Below are positions 15,958 through 23,676 of a DNA stretch of 64,000 nt, in pieces (the stretch's first letter is position 1; each line of letters begins with the position of its first letter). The stretch covers positions 1-64,000 of IMG/VR virus record IMGVR_UViG_3300037112_000094; one strand, given 5' to 3'. Both the position numbers and the translations under genes were made by a program. This stretch comes from an uncultured virus (IMG/VR IMGVR_UViG_3300037112_000094). Lineage: Duplodnaviria; Heunggongvirae; Uroviricota; Caudoviricetes. Under the pieces are notes generated by a model. The model did no database searches. It was given only the letters and a program-made list of their open reading frames with translations, and was not told where the DNA came from.

Positions 15958-16035
15958 TGGCGTCCCGTAGCGGATTTGAACCGCCGTTTTGACCTTGAGA
16001 GGGTCACGTCCTTGGCCAGACTAGACGAACAGGAC
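15958..16035 (-). tRNA. tRNA-Glu(CTC)
   Basis: TGACC-CTCTCAA-GGTCA; GCCA end. Confidence 0.9.
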
Positions 16036-16039
16036 AAGA

Positions 16040-16114
16040 TGGCGCGAGCGACGGGAGTTGAACCCGCTTGAACTGCATAGACAGTGCAGTACCTGACCGT
16101 TAGGATACGCCCGC
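16040..16114 (-). tRNA. tRNA-Asp(GTC)
   Basis: CTGCA-CTGTCTA-TGCAG; G73. Confidence 0.85.
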
Positions 16115-16120
16115 AAAAAA

Positions 16121-16197
16121 TGGTTGCGAGGGAGGGATTCGAACCCTCGATCTCCAGCTTATGAGGCTGGCGAGATAGACCGCTTCTCCACCACGCG
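16121..16197 (-). tRNA. tRNA-Met(CAT), initiator-like
   Basis: C1xA72 mismatch; CCAGC-CTCATAA-GCTGG, without the usual GGG/CCC anticodon-stem run. Confidence 0.8.
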
Positions 16198-16203
16198 CTA
16201 TTT

Positions 16204-16232
16204 ACAGTACCACGGAACCTGCGCGCGTGCAA
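16204..16232 (-). promoter_or_regulatory. promoter of tRNA operon 4, no leader
   Basis: TTGCAC-N17-TACTGT directly before the initiator-like tRNA. Confidence 0.65.
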
Positions 16233-16235
16233 GAA

Positions 16236-16721
16236 TTACTCTGACGGGCACTGTGGCAGGGTAGCCAGATCATCTGTCAATCGAGTGTGGACCCCGTACA
16301 TACTCAGATCGATGTGCGACGTCGGCCAGTCATTGAGAATCCGATTCAAAGCACCAACCCATGCCGCATCTTCCGTGTCATAGTAGTGCTTATTTTCACT
16401 CACAACAAGGGCGTGCTTATGTTGTGGGTTGCATGGTTCCCCGAGAATCACATGACCGACGTTGTTGAGCATGATCGCATGTGCAAGTGGGAAATCATCT
16501 CTGACCCGGCTGGCCGCAGACATGCCCTTGCGCTGGCGAACTAACTGCTGATCGCAAACGTGTGGGAACCACTCTGTGTTTGGGTAGATCGGACCTTCTG
16601 GGTTGGTGAACGCGTTTCCGCCCCACTCTGTTCCCATCTTGACGATGAAAACGCCGCAATTTTCGCATGTGTGGGGGCCATAGTAAACGATCTTCGAGTT
16701 ACGGAAGCTGATGGGGTTCAT
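16236..16721 (-). CDS. hypothetical protein
   Basis: AGGAG SD before MNPISF; CENC motif. Confidence 0.6.
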   Translation of the reverse strand: MNPISFRNSKIVYYGPHTCENCGVFIVKMGTEWGGNAFTNPEGPIYPNTEWFPHVCDQQLVRQRKGMSAASRVRDDFPLAHAIMLNNVGHVILGEPCNPQHKHALVVSENKHYYDTEDAAWVGALNRILNDWPTSHIDLSMYGVHTRLTDDLATLPQCPSE

Positions 16722-16781
16722 TGATTTTCTCCTGCGTAAGTATTTCCGTGTTGCCACGGAATGACAGGAGTGTAGCATAAA

Positions 16782-17165
16782 TCAAATTAGCTTTCTAAAT
16801 GCATCTGCGGCATAGAGGCGGTCGATCTCCTTCTTGAACCCATCTCCGTGACTGTGATCGTTGAAGTTCGCAATTCGATAAAGGTGCGCCATTTCATGCA
16901 GGAGGGTAATATGCGCAACACAGTAGATGAACGCCAATGGTGGAGAGACAACTATCTTGTAGCCTCTTCGAAGAGTATCAAGTTGGCCACACGGATGGTT
17001 CTGCCACACAGTTGTGTCACGTATGTGCCGGAAAACTGTTTTCACGTTCTCTGGAATCCAAAGGCCACGCTTTATCCAGTATTTCTTCCTCATTCTCACG
17101 AAGTTATTCTGGAGATCGTCATCGTCCATCGGGGACCACGTCGTCTGAAACCGATACGTTCGCAT
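16782..17165 (-). CDS. SprT-like zinc metalloprotease
   Basis: TLLHEMAH...HSHGDGF; TATACT-N7-ATG. Confidence 0.75.
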   Translation of the reverse strand: MRTYRFQTTWSPMDDDDLQNNFVRMRKKYWIKRGLWIPENVKTVFRHIRDTTVWQNHPCGQLDTLRRGYKIVVSPPLAFIYCVAHITLLHEMAHLYRIANFNDHSHGDGFKKEIDRLYAADAFRKLI

Positions 17166-17190
17166 GTGCCAGAGTATAGCGCAGAAATTC

Positions 17191-17281
17191 TGGTGCGTTG
17201 GGCAGGATTTGAACCTGCAGCGTCATCGAAGATGATCCAGATTTACAGTCTGGTAGAGTCCACCGTCTCTCCAGCCAACGC
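17191..17281 (-). tRNA. tRNA-Tyr(GTA)
   Basis: CCAGA-CTGTAAA-TCTGG; long variable arm. Confidence 0.9.
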
Positions 17282-17385
17282 ACGTGGTAAACTTCCGTTC
17301 AGGACGGCCTCATGATGCCGCCAAAGGGGGAGTCTGGTACTGCTTCACCGTTGTTGCACGACCTGTCAATCTCCCCCTTACAAAC

Positions 17386-17475
17386 TGGCGGATGGTGAGG
17401 GATTCGAACCCCCGAGACCCTTCGGTCTACTGGTACTCAAGGCCAGCGCGATCAACCAGACTCTGCCAACCATCC
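17386..17475 (-). tRNA. tRNA-Ser(TGA)
   Basis: CTGGC-CTTGAGT-ACCAG; long variable arm; G73. Confidence 0.85.
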
Positions 17476-17481
17476 AAAACT

Positions 17482-17569
17482 TGGCGGAAGCGGAGCGAGT
17501 CGAACGCTCAACACCCGAAGGTGTGTCCCGCTTCGAACGGGGTGGGCCTGCCAAATGCCCAACGCTTCC
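17482..17569 (-). tRNA. tRNA-Ser(CGA)
   Basis: CCCCG-TTCGAAG-CGGGA; long variable arm. Confidence 0.85.
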
Positions 17570-17574
17570 AAAAC

Positions 17575-17661
17575 TGGCGGAAGGGACAGGAGTCGAACCT
17601 GCACACGCTTTCACGTGACCCGGTTTCCAGCCGGGGGCGATACCGTTCCGCTCACCCTTCC
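17575..17661 (-). tRNA. tRNA-Ser(GGA)
   Basis: CCCGG-CTGGAAA-CCGGG; long variable arm. Confidence 0.9.
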
Positions 17662-17670
17662 GTAAAAATA

Positions 17671-17756
17671 TGGCGGAGCGCCAGTGAATCGAACACTGTC
17701 AACCTCGCGGTTGTGCGGCTTAGCAAGCCGTTGCATTACCATCCTGCCCGCGCTCC
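17671..17756 (-). tRNA. tRNA-Ser(GCT)
   Basis: CGGC-TTGCTAA-GCCG; long variable arm. Confidence 0.9.
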
Positions 17757-17764
17757 GTAAAACT

Positions 17765-17842
17765 TGGTGCGGATGATCGGCCTCGAACCGATAAGCCTGA
17801 AGGTTTGAGCTTCAGAGGTATTCCGTTTCCCTTCACATCCGC
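17765..17842 (-). tRNA. tRNA-Leu(CAA), short variable loop
   Basis: TGAAG-CTCAAAC-CTTCA; A73. Confidence 0.8.
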
Positions 17843-17847
17843 AAACT

Positions 17848-17933
17848 TGGTGCGCGTGGCGAGACTCGAACTCGCAATGGGTGTTACCCCTCCGGTGCCT
17901 AAAACCGGCGCTTTTCCGTTTTGCTACACGCGC
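17848..17933 (-). tRNA. tRNA-Leu(TAG)
   Basis: CCGGT-TTTAGGC-ACCGG; long variable arm. Confidence 0.9.
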
Positions 17934-18664
17934 ACATCCTTATTGCCACGACTCCTGCCGAAAACCTTGGGCATCTCCATGCCATATCGCCGAATCCACT
18001 TCCTAACAGCGTTGTCAGAGACTCCGAATTTTTCACCAATCTTTATCATCGGCAACGTTTGCAATAAGGATTGCAATTCTACAGGGCTCGGTCGGTCCAC
18101 TTTTCTCAAACGCGGCTTGTCCCTTGTTCTCCAGTAACCGTCCGAAGACGGGTGCCTGACCTCTCTCCCTTGCCTCTTTGGCCTGAGCTTAGGTGGGAGG
18201 AATTGCTTCGAATCCTTTCTGCGAGAAAATGTAAGAGTTTGGGAATGACAATTGGGGCAAATAAACTCTAGGTTTTCCTCTACATCGTTTTGGAAGTTTC
18301 CATCCTTGTGTTCTATCTCAAGAATCAGTTTCTTTCCACGCCACTCGCGAAGCCCACAAACATAACACTTATATGGCCGTCCAATGTCGAGCAGCGAACG
18401 CACAAGCACCTTTGCTCTCTGCCTTTTCAGGTCTGCATGGTAAACCAAATATGAATCGGCTTCCCTTCGATTCAAACTGGGCTTTCCTAAATGCCAACGC
18501 TTTCCGATGAAGTGGCTTGTGCTGATCCCATATTCCTTAATCCTCTTCGAAACATGGTGAGATGTTCCACCAGCCAGATTTGGTGCTCCGCATTTTCTCA
18601 ATACGTCTGCCATTGAAAAACTTTCTTTCACGGCCTGTTCGAGAATTTCCTTTGTGTACTTCAT
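17924..18664 (-). CDS. HNH endonuclease with HTH; stop lies inside tRNA-Leu(TAG)
   Basis: CYVCG...LEIEHKDGN..N...NLEFICPNCHSQT; TATAAT 9 nt before ATG. Confidence 0.85.
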   Translation of the reverse strand: MKYTKEILEQAVKESFSMADVLRKCGAPNLAGGTSHHVSKRIKEYGISTSHFIGKRWHLGKPSLNRREADSYLVYHADLKRQRAKVLVRSLLDIGRPYKCYVCGLREWRGKKLILEIEHKDGNFQNDVEENLEFICPNCHSQTLTFSRRKDSKQFLPPKLRPKRQGREVRHPSSDGYWRTRDKPRLRKVDRPSPVELQSLLQTLPMIKIGEKFGVSDNAVRKWIRRYGMEMPKVFGRSRGNKDVRV

Positions 18665-18698
18665 GATGGTTCAATTATACCATCATGGTTCAAATCTT

Positions 18699-18778
18699 TG
18701 GTGGGCAGAGTGGAATTCGAATCCACAAAATCACAGCCGTCTGAAGACTGCCGCTTTGCCAAATTTGCGTACCTGCCC
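18699..18778 (-). tRNA. tRNA-Leu(CAG), short variable loop
   Basis: CAGTC-TTCAGAC-GGCTG; A73. Confidence 0.8.
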
Positions 18779-18779
18779 G

Positions 18780-18856
18780 TGGTGCGCGAGGGGGAAATCG
18801 AATCCCCAAACACCAGACCCTCGATCTGGCGGCTTTGCCTGTTTGCCTACTCGCGC
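18780..18856 (-). tRNA. tRNA-Leu(GAG), short variable loop
   Basis: CCAGA-TCGAGGG-TCTGG; A73. Confidence 0.8.
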
Positions 18857-18864
18857 GTGAAACT

Positions 18865-18940
18865 TGGAGGACCGGGCCGGATTTTAACCAGCGATTAGCA
18901 AGGTTGCAGCTTGCCGCGTTTAACACTTCGCCACCGATCC
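18865..18940 (-). tRNA. tRNA-Cys(GCA)
   Basis: GCAAG-CTGCAAC-CTTGC; U73. Confidence 0.9.
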
Positions 18941-18941
18941 A

Positions 18942-19018
18942 TGGTGCCCGCAGGGGTACTCGAAACCCCATCCCGACCTTTTTAAGAAGTCGCGCTCTGC
19001 CATTTGGCGTACACGGGC
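18942..19018 (-). tRNA. tRNA-Leu(TAA), short variable loop
   Basis: GACTT-CTTAAAA-AGGTC; A73. Confidence 0.8.
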
Positions 19019-19020
19019 AC

Positions 19021-19050
19021 AAACTAAAAAGCCCCCGATTTCTCGGAGGC
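19021..19050 (-). terminator. attenuator terminator upstream of tRNA operon 3
   Basis: GCCTCCGA-GAAA-TCGGGGGC-TTTTTAGTTT. Confidence 0.85.
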
Positions 19051-19079
19051 CGCTGACTGAATTCCACTTTGGACTCAGT

Positions 19080-19148
19080 TCACGAACCCCCGCCACCGCT
19101 CAGTAATGAGCTATACGAGGAGAGCGAACTGAGGCACACTGTCTTCAT
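19080..19148 (-). CDS. leader peptide 3, MKTVCLSSLSSYSSLLSGGGGS
   Basis: 13 consecutive Cys/Leu/Ser/Tyr codons upstream of a Cys/Leu/Ser/Tyr tRNA operon. Confidence 0.88.
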   Translation of the reverse strand: MKTVCLSSLSSYSSLLSGGGGS

Positions 19149-19157
19149 AGCGAAACC

Positions 19158-19186
19158 ATCATTCCATGGAATTGGTGGGTTGTCAA
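19158..19186 (-). promoter_or_regulatory. promoter of tRNA operon 3
   Basis: TTGACA-N17-AATGAT, 9 nt before ATG. Confidence 0.65.
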
Positions 19187-19590
19187 CGTTTTTCTTCGTC
19201 CACCACGAATCGGCTCACTGGACAACGCAGACAGGCGATCTTCTTCCCATCGAAAGGCACATCACTTGGAACAAGCCGAACGTTGTGAACCCCGCAGATG
19301 GGGGGATTCGAATCGGGCTTCTGGAAACACTGCGCCGCCATGTGCTCAAAATGTTCAGTAGTGAACAGCCATCCATCGCAATCTTAGCATATAATCGGCT
19401 TGAGGTGAACTATGTCAACGATCCTGCTCGTTTTCGCTTTAGTTTTAGCGATCCTTGCGGCGCTCGGTGTTCCGAACCCTCCGCAGCGCTGGAGCCTCGG
19501 TTGGGCTGCATTTGCGTTCTTCGTGGCCTCCATCCTGTTCAACGGAATCCTGCCGCTTCACATCGGTCACTAACCTCATAGGAGGATGAT

Positions 19591-19764
19591 GTGCCAAAGA
19601 CGAAGAAGCCCAAGATCGTTGTCAAGAAACCTGTAGCCACAAAGAAAAACACAGCGGTCACAAAAATCATTGTTCAAAACCCCGCGCCGGTCGTCGAAGT
19701 CATTGTTCACGATCCGACTATTCTCGAACGCGTCACAGCGTGGATAAAAGAAAACTTCAGCTAG
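19591..19764 (+). CDS. small Lys-rich protein
   Basis: AGGAGG SD; MPKTKKPKIVVKK...IKENFS. Confidence 0.55.
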   Translation: MPKTKKPKIVVKKPVATKKNTAVTKIIVQNPAPVVEVIVHDPTILERVTAWIKENFS

Positions 19765-19774
19765 GAGGTTCGAA

Positions 19775-19927
19775 ATGCTTATCCTCGTTATCGTGTTGGT
19801 GTTGATTTTCGGTTTCGGCGGCGGCTACTGGGGTAATACACAGTGGGGTCCGGGCGGCGGCGCTGGCATTGGAATCGGCACCATCTTGGTCCTGCTCTTG
19901 ATCCTCTACTTGCTGCATGTCATTTAG
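19775..19927 (+). CDS. small membrane protein, DUF3309-like
   Basis: AGGAGG SD; MLILVIVLVLIFG...WG...GGGAGIGIGTILVLLLILYLL. Confidence 0.7.
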   Translation: MLILVIVLVLIFGFGGGYWGNTQWGPGGGAGIGIGTILVLLLILYLLHVI

Positions 19928-20697
19928 TACCTATCCTCTCTTTCGACCCGTGCCATCGCTAACGGGTTGTAGGTGTCCGGCTTCCTGCCGTAGTAGCCGT
20001 CTTCGTCCCGCAGTGCGCGAGATGTGATTGGTATCCGCGCGCCATGCGGCAATGTCCCAACCGCCGCCATGATGTTGAATCTGTCCGCGAGTGTTTCACG
20101 CGTCCGTTCGGAAAGATGCCACCATTCGTCCACCATCACATCTCGACTCAGCCCATCCAGCTTATGTAGTTCATCCTCACCAATGAACTCCAGCCTGTTG
20201 AATTGTCCCGGCGTCGCGTGCTCCAAGCGTCTCTTCACTGCTTCGGCCATGATGTAATCTTTGCGCGGTGCTACGATGGCAATCCTGCTGGATGTTGCCC
20301 GTGAAACCTCGTCGGCCTCGTCGAAGAGTGCTTGTGTCTTCCCGCTCCGGCGATCCGCGTTCACCACGTATCCTTGAGAGAACAGGCTACGCATATCGCC
20401 CTTTCTCATTTCCGCGAAGATCGGAGGCGGGCTCGTGCAGATCGACATGTGATCGTTCAGAGCTTGGCTCACGTTGCGATAGAATCCCTCCCAGTACGAA
20501 ACGTAATGGACGAACAGACGCCTAGCGTCTTCGACTGGAATAGCCGAAACCCCCATTCGGAGCGGAGGACGCCCATCACCCCTCTTTCCCTGCACGCTGT
20601 ACGCATACGATTCGACCATATTGTCGAAGGCTTGCTCTGGAGGAGTGCCTCGACGGTCAGTAGGGACGTACTGAAACGGATCGAACAGCCTCATCAC
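19924..20697 (-). CDS. protein with P-loop NTPase-like domain
   Basis: ADRRSGKT Walker A; VMVDE Walker B. Confidence 0.6.
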   Translation of the reverse strand: MMRLFDPFQYVPTDRRGTPPEQAFDNMVESYAYSVQGKRGDGRPPLRMGVSAIPVEDARRLFVHYVSYWEGFYRNVSQALNDHMSICTSPPPIFAEMRKGDMRSLFSQGYVVNADRRSGKTQALFDEADEVSRATSSRIAIVAPRKDYIMAEAVKRRLEHATPGQFNRLEFIGEDELHKLDGLSRDVMVDEWWHLSERTRETLADRFNIMAAVGTLPHGARIPITSRALRDEDGYYGRKPDTYNPLAMARVEREDRY

Positions 20698-21041
20698 ACG
20701 CCTACCGCCTTCCAGAACTCCTCGGCGCTGTCTGGATAGAGCACCACACCGCGCTCGGAGTGGAAGACGAGCATGTCGCCGCCGTTGCAGATGCGAACTT
20801 CGCGCCCGTCACCAATGGCCTTCTCCACGCGCTCCTTGGCTTCGGTGGCGGTGATTTCCTCGTCAGGGTACTTCATTGGTCCTTTGCGGAACCAGACTTT
20901 CCCGGTATGGAATCCGGCGCGCCCGTAGATGTACAGCGCCCAAGGACCATCGCCTGTCTCGGCGAACTGAAGTTCTGTCGGCGTGTGAACCTCAGCCGTT
21001 CCGTCCTCTTCCTGCTTCTTTGCCCACGCTTTCCAGTCCAT
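20694..21041 (-). CDS. hypothetical protein
   Basis: GGGAGG SD; coupled to the next gene. Confidence 0.65.
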   Translation of the reverse strand: MDWKAWAKKQEEDGTAEVHTPTELQFAETGDGPWALYIYGRAGFHTGKVWFRKGPMKYPDEEITATEAKERVEKAIGDGREVRICNGGDMLVFHSERGVVLYPDSAEEFWKAVGV

Positions 21042-21053
21042 TTGTCCCTCCCG

Positions 21054-21233
21054 TCACTTTTTCTCTTTGCCTATCAGCCATAGAAGTACCTTCGCCAGCG
21101 TGCCAGACTCGCACGGTTTGTCGTGCTCGATGCGGTTGAGAGTGGCTGAGGAGGTGCCGATTTCCTTGGCTACCTCGCGTACACTTTTCTCTTCCATCGC
21201 TCGCCACTTGCGAAGAACAGTTCCTAGTCTCAT
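21054..21233 (-). CDS. XRE-family HTH protein
   Basis: LRKWR...SVREVAKEIGTSSATLNRIE. Confidence 0.8.
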   Translation of the reverse strand: MRLGTVLRKWRAMEEKSVREVAKEIGTSSATLNRIEHDKPCESGTLAKVLLWLIGKEKK

Positions 21234-21323
21234 GGACGATACTGTTTCACAAAGCAGTTTTTGTGTCAATTGCGATCTTTTATTCACTTGACAGTGAACA
21301 GCATCCAAACTATCTTCAAGCGC

Positions 21324-22562
21324 ATGGCTGAGCAACCCACGCCGCTCCTCTTTATTTCCGATAGTCCGTCATCGTCGAGTGGCCTCGGCAGGATATGCCG
21401 AGACCTCACGACAAGGGCGCACGAGCATTTGACGGATGTCTACAGAGTCGGAGTCTTAGGCCACGGCGGACCGGGCTCCCGCAGATTCGGTTTCGTAAAT
21501 TATGTGATCGAGGGAATGCAGGAGTGGGCCATCCCAACACTTCCTGAAGTCTGGGAGGATTTTGCTGGGAACGAACCGGGTATCATCTGCACTATTTGGG
21601 ACCTATCGCGCTTAGATTGGATTGCGCAGCCAAAATACTCTGAAGCCGCCGTGCTCAAGAATCCGGAATTGCGCCAGTGGCTCGTCAAACGTCCGTTCAA
21701 GCTCTTTGGGTACGTGCCAATAGACGGCTCAGGCCCGAACGACAGGCTCTCGTTTCCCCTTATGCGGACGGCGCTGGGCTTCGACCGTCTGCTGGCCTAC
21801 GGTCCGTTTGGTGAAGGCGTCCTATGCAGAACCATCGGCGATAAGCAAGCGGCTGAGCGTCATCTGACAAATTTGCCACACGGCTTTGATGGCGATGTCT
21901 TTTACGAGAGAAACCGCGCTCTTTGCCGTCACATGTTCTTCCAGATCACGGGCGGGCAGCAGATTATGGAGGATCACGGCCCCATCACGGAAGATGAATG
22001 CCTGATTTCCATAGTCGCCACAAATCAGGATCGCAAAAATTGGGCGTTGGGTATCGAAACGGCGGCGATACTTGCCAGAAATCGCAAGGTCCGCCTTTGG
22101 GCGCACACAGATGCATTCGAGCGATTTTGGAGTATACCAGCGCTATTGTGCGACTACGGGATGATCGACAAAACGATAATCAGCTTGGGCCAAATTACCG
22201 ATCAAAAAATGGCAGAAGCACTATCCGCCTGCGACCTCATGCTCGGAATCGGACCCGAGGGTTTTGGACTCCCGTTAGCCGAAAGTCTCGCCTGCGGCAC
22301 TCCCGTGATCACTGGCTCTTACGCTGGCGCAGCGGATTTTGTCCCAAAGGAAATGCAAGTCGATCCGATGGTTGACGGTTCGGGAAGTGCAGCGTTTTAC
22401 CATGCGGGATCATTTGGCACCAAGCGCCCTGTTTACAACGCAGAAAATTGGGCGGCGAAGGCGAACGAATGGATCGGAAAGCGAACGCATCTCGATCCGC
22501 GCTACGAGTGGAAGAACAATTGGGTTGCGTGGGAGAAGTGGTTTCGGGACGCGGTGAAATGA
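21324..22562 (+). CDS. GT-B (GT4-like) glycosyltransferase
   Basis: SDSPSSSSGLGR; EGFGLPLAESLACGTPVI; TTGACA-N17-TATCTT-N7-ATG. Confidence 0.85.
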   Translation: MAEQPTPLLFISDSPSSSSGLGRICRDLTTRAHEHLTDVYRVGVLGHGGPGSRRFGFVNYVIEGMQEWAIPTLPEVWEDFAGNEPGIICTIWDLSRLDWIAQPKYSEAAVLKNPELRQWLVKRPFKLFGYVPIDGSGPNDRLSFPLMRTALGFDRLLAYGPFGEGVLCRTIGDKQAAERHLTNLPHGFDGDVFYERNRALCRHMFFQITGGQQIMEDHGPITEDECLISIVATNQDRKNWALGIETAAILARNRKVRLWAHTDAFERFWSIPALLCDYGMIDKTIISLGQITDQKMAEALSACDLMLGIGPEGFGLPLAESLACGTPVITGSYAGAADFVPKEMQVDPMVDGSGSAAFYHAGSFGTKRPVYNAENWAAKANEWIGKRTHLDPRYEWKNNWVAWEKWFRDAVK

Positions 22563-23182
22563 GTGTGTGGATCACCAATTTCAATAACCTAAATCGAGGG
22601 TTTAGCCGTCTTGTTGATTGGCTCATCGAGGCTGATGTTCCCTTCACTGTCATCGACAATGCATCGACATGGGAGCCGCTGCTTAGGTATTACGAGGCCG
22701 CGCATTTTCCCATAGTCCGTTGCGAGAAGAATCTTGGGCCTTATGCGTTTTGGGAACTTGGCTTTCATCAAGCAGCAAGAAGGTTCATCGTCACGGACCC
22801 AGATGTTGTTCCCTGCGCGAACTGTCCCAGAGACCTCCTTGAGCGTATGAGCCTAATGATGGACAGGGGATACAGTACGGTCGGGCCGTCACTTCGTATC
22901 GACAACCTTCCCGACTGTTACGATGCTAAAAATAGGGTTATCGCTTGGGAGCAGCAATGGTGGCAGCGTCCTGTAGATGGAGGGTTTGAGGCCAATCTCG
23001 ATACAACTTTCTCGATGTATGAGGAGGGAACGATGCCGCGCGCTTGGGATAATGGGCTCCAAGGTTGCAGATTGGCTCCGCCATATCAGTTCGAGCACCT
23101 TCCTTGGTACGAAGGTCCGGGACCTAATCCAGAGCGGGATTTCTATAACGCCACGAGGCGAAAGGAGTGGACAAATTGGTAA
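22559..23182 (+). CDS. GT-A (GT2-like) glycosyltransferase
   Basis: VIDNAST, NLG, VTDPD. Confidence 0.75.
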   Translation: MSVWITNFNNLNRGFSRLVDWLIEADVPFTVIDNASTWEPLLRYYEAAHFPIVRCEKNLGPYAFWELGFHQAARRFIVTDPDVVPCANCPRDLLERMSLMMDRGYSTVGPSLRIDNLPDCYDAKNRVIAWEQQWWQRPVDGGFEANLDTTFSMYEEGTMPRAWDNGLQGCRLAPPYQFEHLPWYEGPGPNPERDFYNATRRKEWTNW

Positions 23183-23676
23183 TCGTGAGCATGACGGAAG
23201 CTTCGGAAGCGTGGAAGCAGACGGCCTGTAACAATTGGGCTTCTCACCTCCCGCTGCTGAGAACCTGCGGCTGGGCGACGAGGGTTTTGGAACTTGGTAT
23301 GGGGAGATACTCTACGCCAACATTCCTCAACTCAGCCCTGTTTCCCTTTCTTGATACCTTAGTCTCAGTCGAAAGCGACCGTGGATGGATTCAGCAGTCA
23401 GAGGACGCGCGGCACAAAATTCATATCCATCCAGAGCCCATCGAACCATTTCTCGACGACTTTGATTTAGAGAATTTTGATTTGATTTTCGTCGACAATT
23501 CCGACAAAGCCGAACGGCGTATTGAAACGCTGAAGTACATCTCGTCCCGGCAACCAAGAAGAGCAAGCGTTCTCGTACACGACTGGGAGCGCTATCACGC
23601 TGCGGTTACAGGATTCAGGTTTGGCATCCTCGACGACAGACAGTTGCCGCACACGGCGTTAGTTTGGGGAAGATAA
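23167..23676 (+). CDS. class I SAM methyltransferase-like protein
   Basis: VLELGMGRYST; FDLIFVD; VHD. Confidence 0.65.
   Translation: MDKLVIVSMTEASEAWKQTACNNWASHLPLLRTCGWATRVLELGMGRYSTPTFLNSALFPFLDTLVSVESDRGWIQQSEDARHKIHIHPEPIEPFLDDFDLENFDLIFVDNSDKAERRIETLKYISSRQPRRASVLVHDWERYHAAVTGFRFGILDDRQLPHTALVWGR

Noticed and set aside
18699..18778. Sec or opal-suppressor tRNA (TCA)
   Set aside because: The stem pairs only in the register that centres CAG.
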